This document shows, one piece after another, positions 63,795-64,000 of a DNA stretch of 64,000 bases. Location of the stretch: the NCBI GenBank assembly GCA_030448055.1, contig JAUJNR010000002.1, positions 329,882-393,881 on the forward strand, read 5' to 3'. Below the pieces are notes generated by a model. The model searched no databases. It saw nothing but the letters and a program-made list of their open reading frames with translations, and was not told the origin of the DNA. The stretch comes from Pyrinomonadaceae bacterium (GTDB taxonomy: Bacteria > Acidobacteriota > Blastocatellia > Pyrinomonadales > Pyrinomonadaceae). A program made the position numbers and the translations under genes. Numbering within the stretch: the stretch's first letter is position 1; the number at the start of each line of letters is the position of its first letter.

Positions 63795-63875
63795 CTTTTT
63801 TGTTTCGGGCAAAACGGTTTTGCAGCGGCAGCGTGATTTCACTATTTGGCGTTCAGCCGTTACGATTAAACGAGT

Positions 63876-64000
63876 ATGAATGAAATAAGTGTCATCGGCG
63901 GCGGGCTTGCCGGAGTCGAAGCGGCGTGGCAGGCGGCGGAAACCGGAGCACGGGTCAAACTTTACGAGATGCGTCCCGTGCAGCAGACGCCCGCTCATCG
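63876..64000 (+). CDS. trmFO: methylenetetrahydrofolate--tRNA-(uracil-5-)-methyltransferase TrmFO, 5-prime end (partial)
   Basis: The N-terminus [41 protein letters not shown] is the characteristic FAD-binding N-terminus. It is open to the window edge. Confidence 0.8.
   Translation, partial: MNEISVIGGGLAGVEAAWQAAETGARVKLYEMRPVQQTPAH

Noticed and set aside
63743-63830. An intact tRNA gene at the right end of element A
   Set aside because: Only an anticodon-arm-like and T-arm-like 3-prime portion is present. The T stem has 2-3 mismatches, and the upstream sequence has no D arm or acceptor 5-prime strand. The left-hand counterpart at 45541..45592 is equally degenerate.

Overview
This 64-kb window is a heavily rearranged, IS-saturated accessory region between ordinary chromosomal genes: a sigma-54 response regulator and pilin locus on the left, and the trmFO 5-prime end on the right. 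The pilin style and a CarboxypepD_reg-type TonB receptor suggest an Acidobacteria-like host, but that is inference only.

Features supported by reading the sequence:
- **Insertion sequences.** There are 12 IS-derived elements. They are one IS982-like, two identical-length IS407-group copies plus one related IS407-group element, one IS1595-family element with an IS3-family element nested inside it, three IS630-family elements, one IS5-family element plus one internally deleted IS5 remnant, and one further IS3-family element. Most have terminal inverted repeats and target-site duplications that I could read directly.
- **tRNA-linked integration sites.** One intact tRNA-Thr(CGU) lies in a cluster of tRNA-3-prime-end remnants. 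A 47-bp orphan copy of its 3-prime end lies 35 kb away.
- **Integrative elements.** There are two related Prim-Pol-encoding elements. One is about 18.3 kb (integrase, HTH proteins, Prim-Pol/ATPase, RusA, orphan tape-measure gene, giant CSLREA/beta-helix/FG-GAP protein). The other is a decayed remnant of about 4 kb.
- **Other genes.** These include a DUF433/DUF5615 toxin-antitoxin-like pair, a CarH/LitR-type B12 photoreceptor regulator with a stress-gene cluster, an IS-split two-component system, an orphan frameshifted hsdM, a TonB-dependent receptor, and a large adhesin-like gene in two pieces.

The best-supported non-obvious result is a 35.7-kb inversion between the two inverted IS407-group copies. 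Undoing it in silico reconstitutes a 198-codon gene with a shared 4-bp target duplication.

I did not find a recognisable defence system, CRISPR array or rRNA. The best candidates for undescribed biology are:
- the uncharacterised low-GC gene cassette next to the tRNA-Thr hotspot;
- the satellite-like Prim-Pol elements with their iteron-like repeats;
- the CarH-linked operon with a region-2-only sigma-like protein.

All family assignments come from motif recognition by eye, not from searches.
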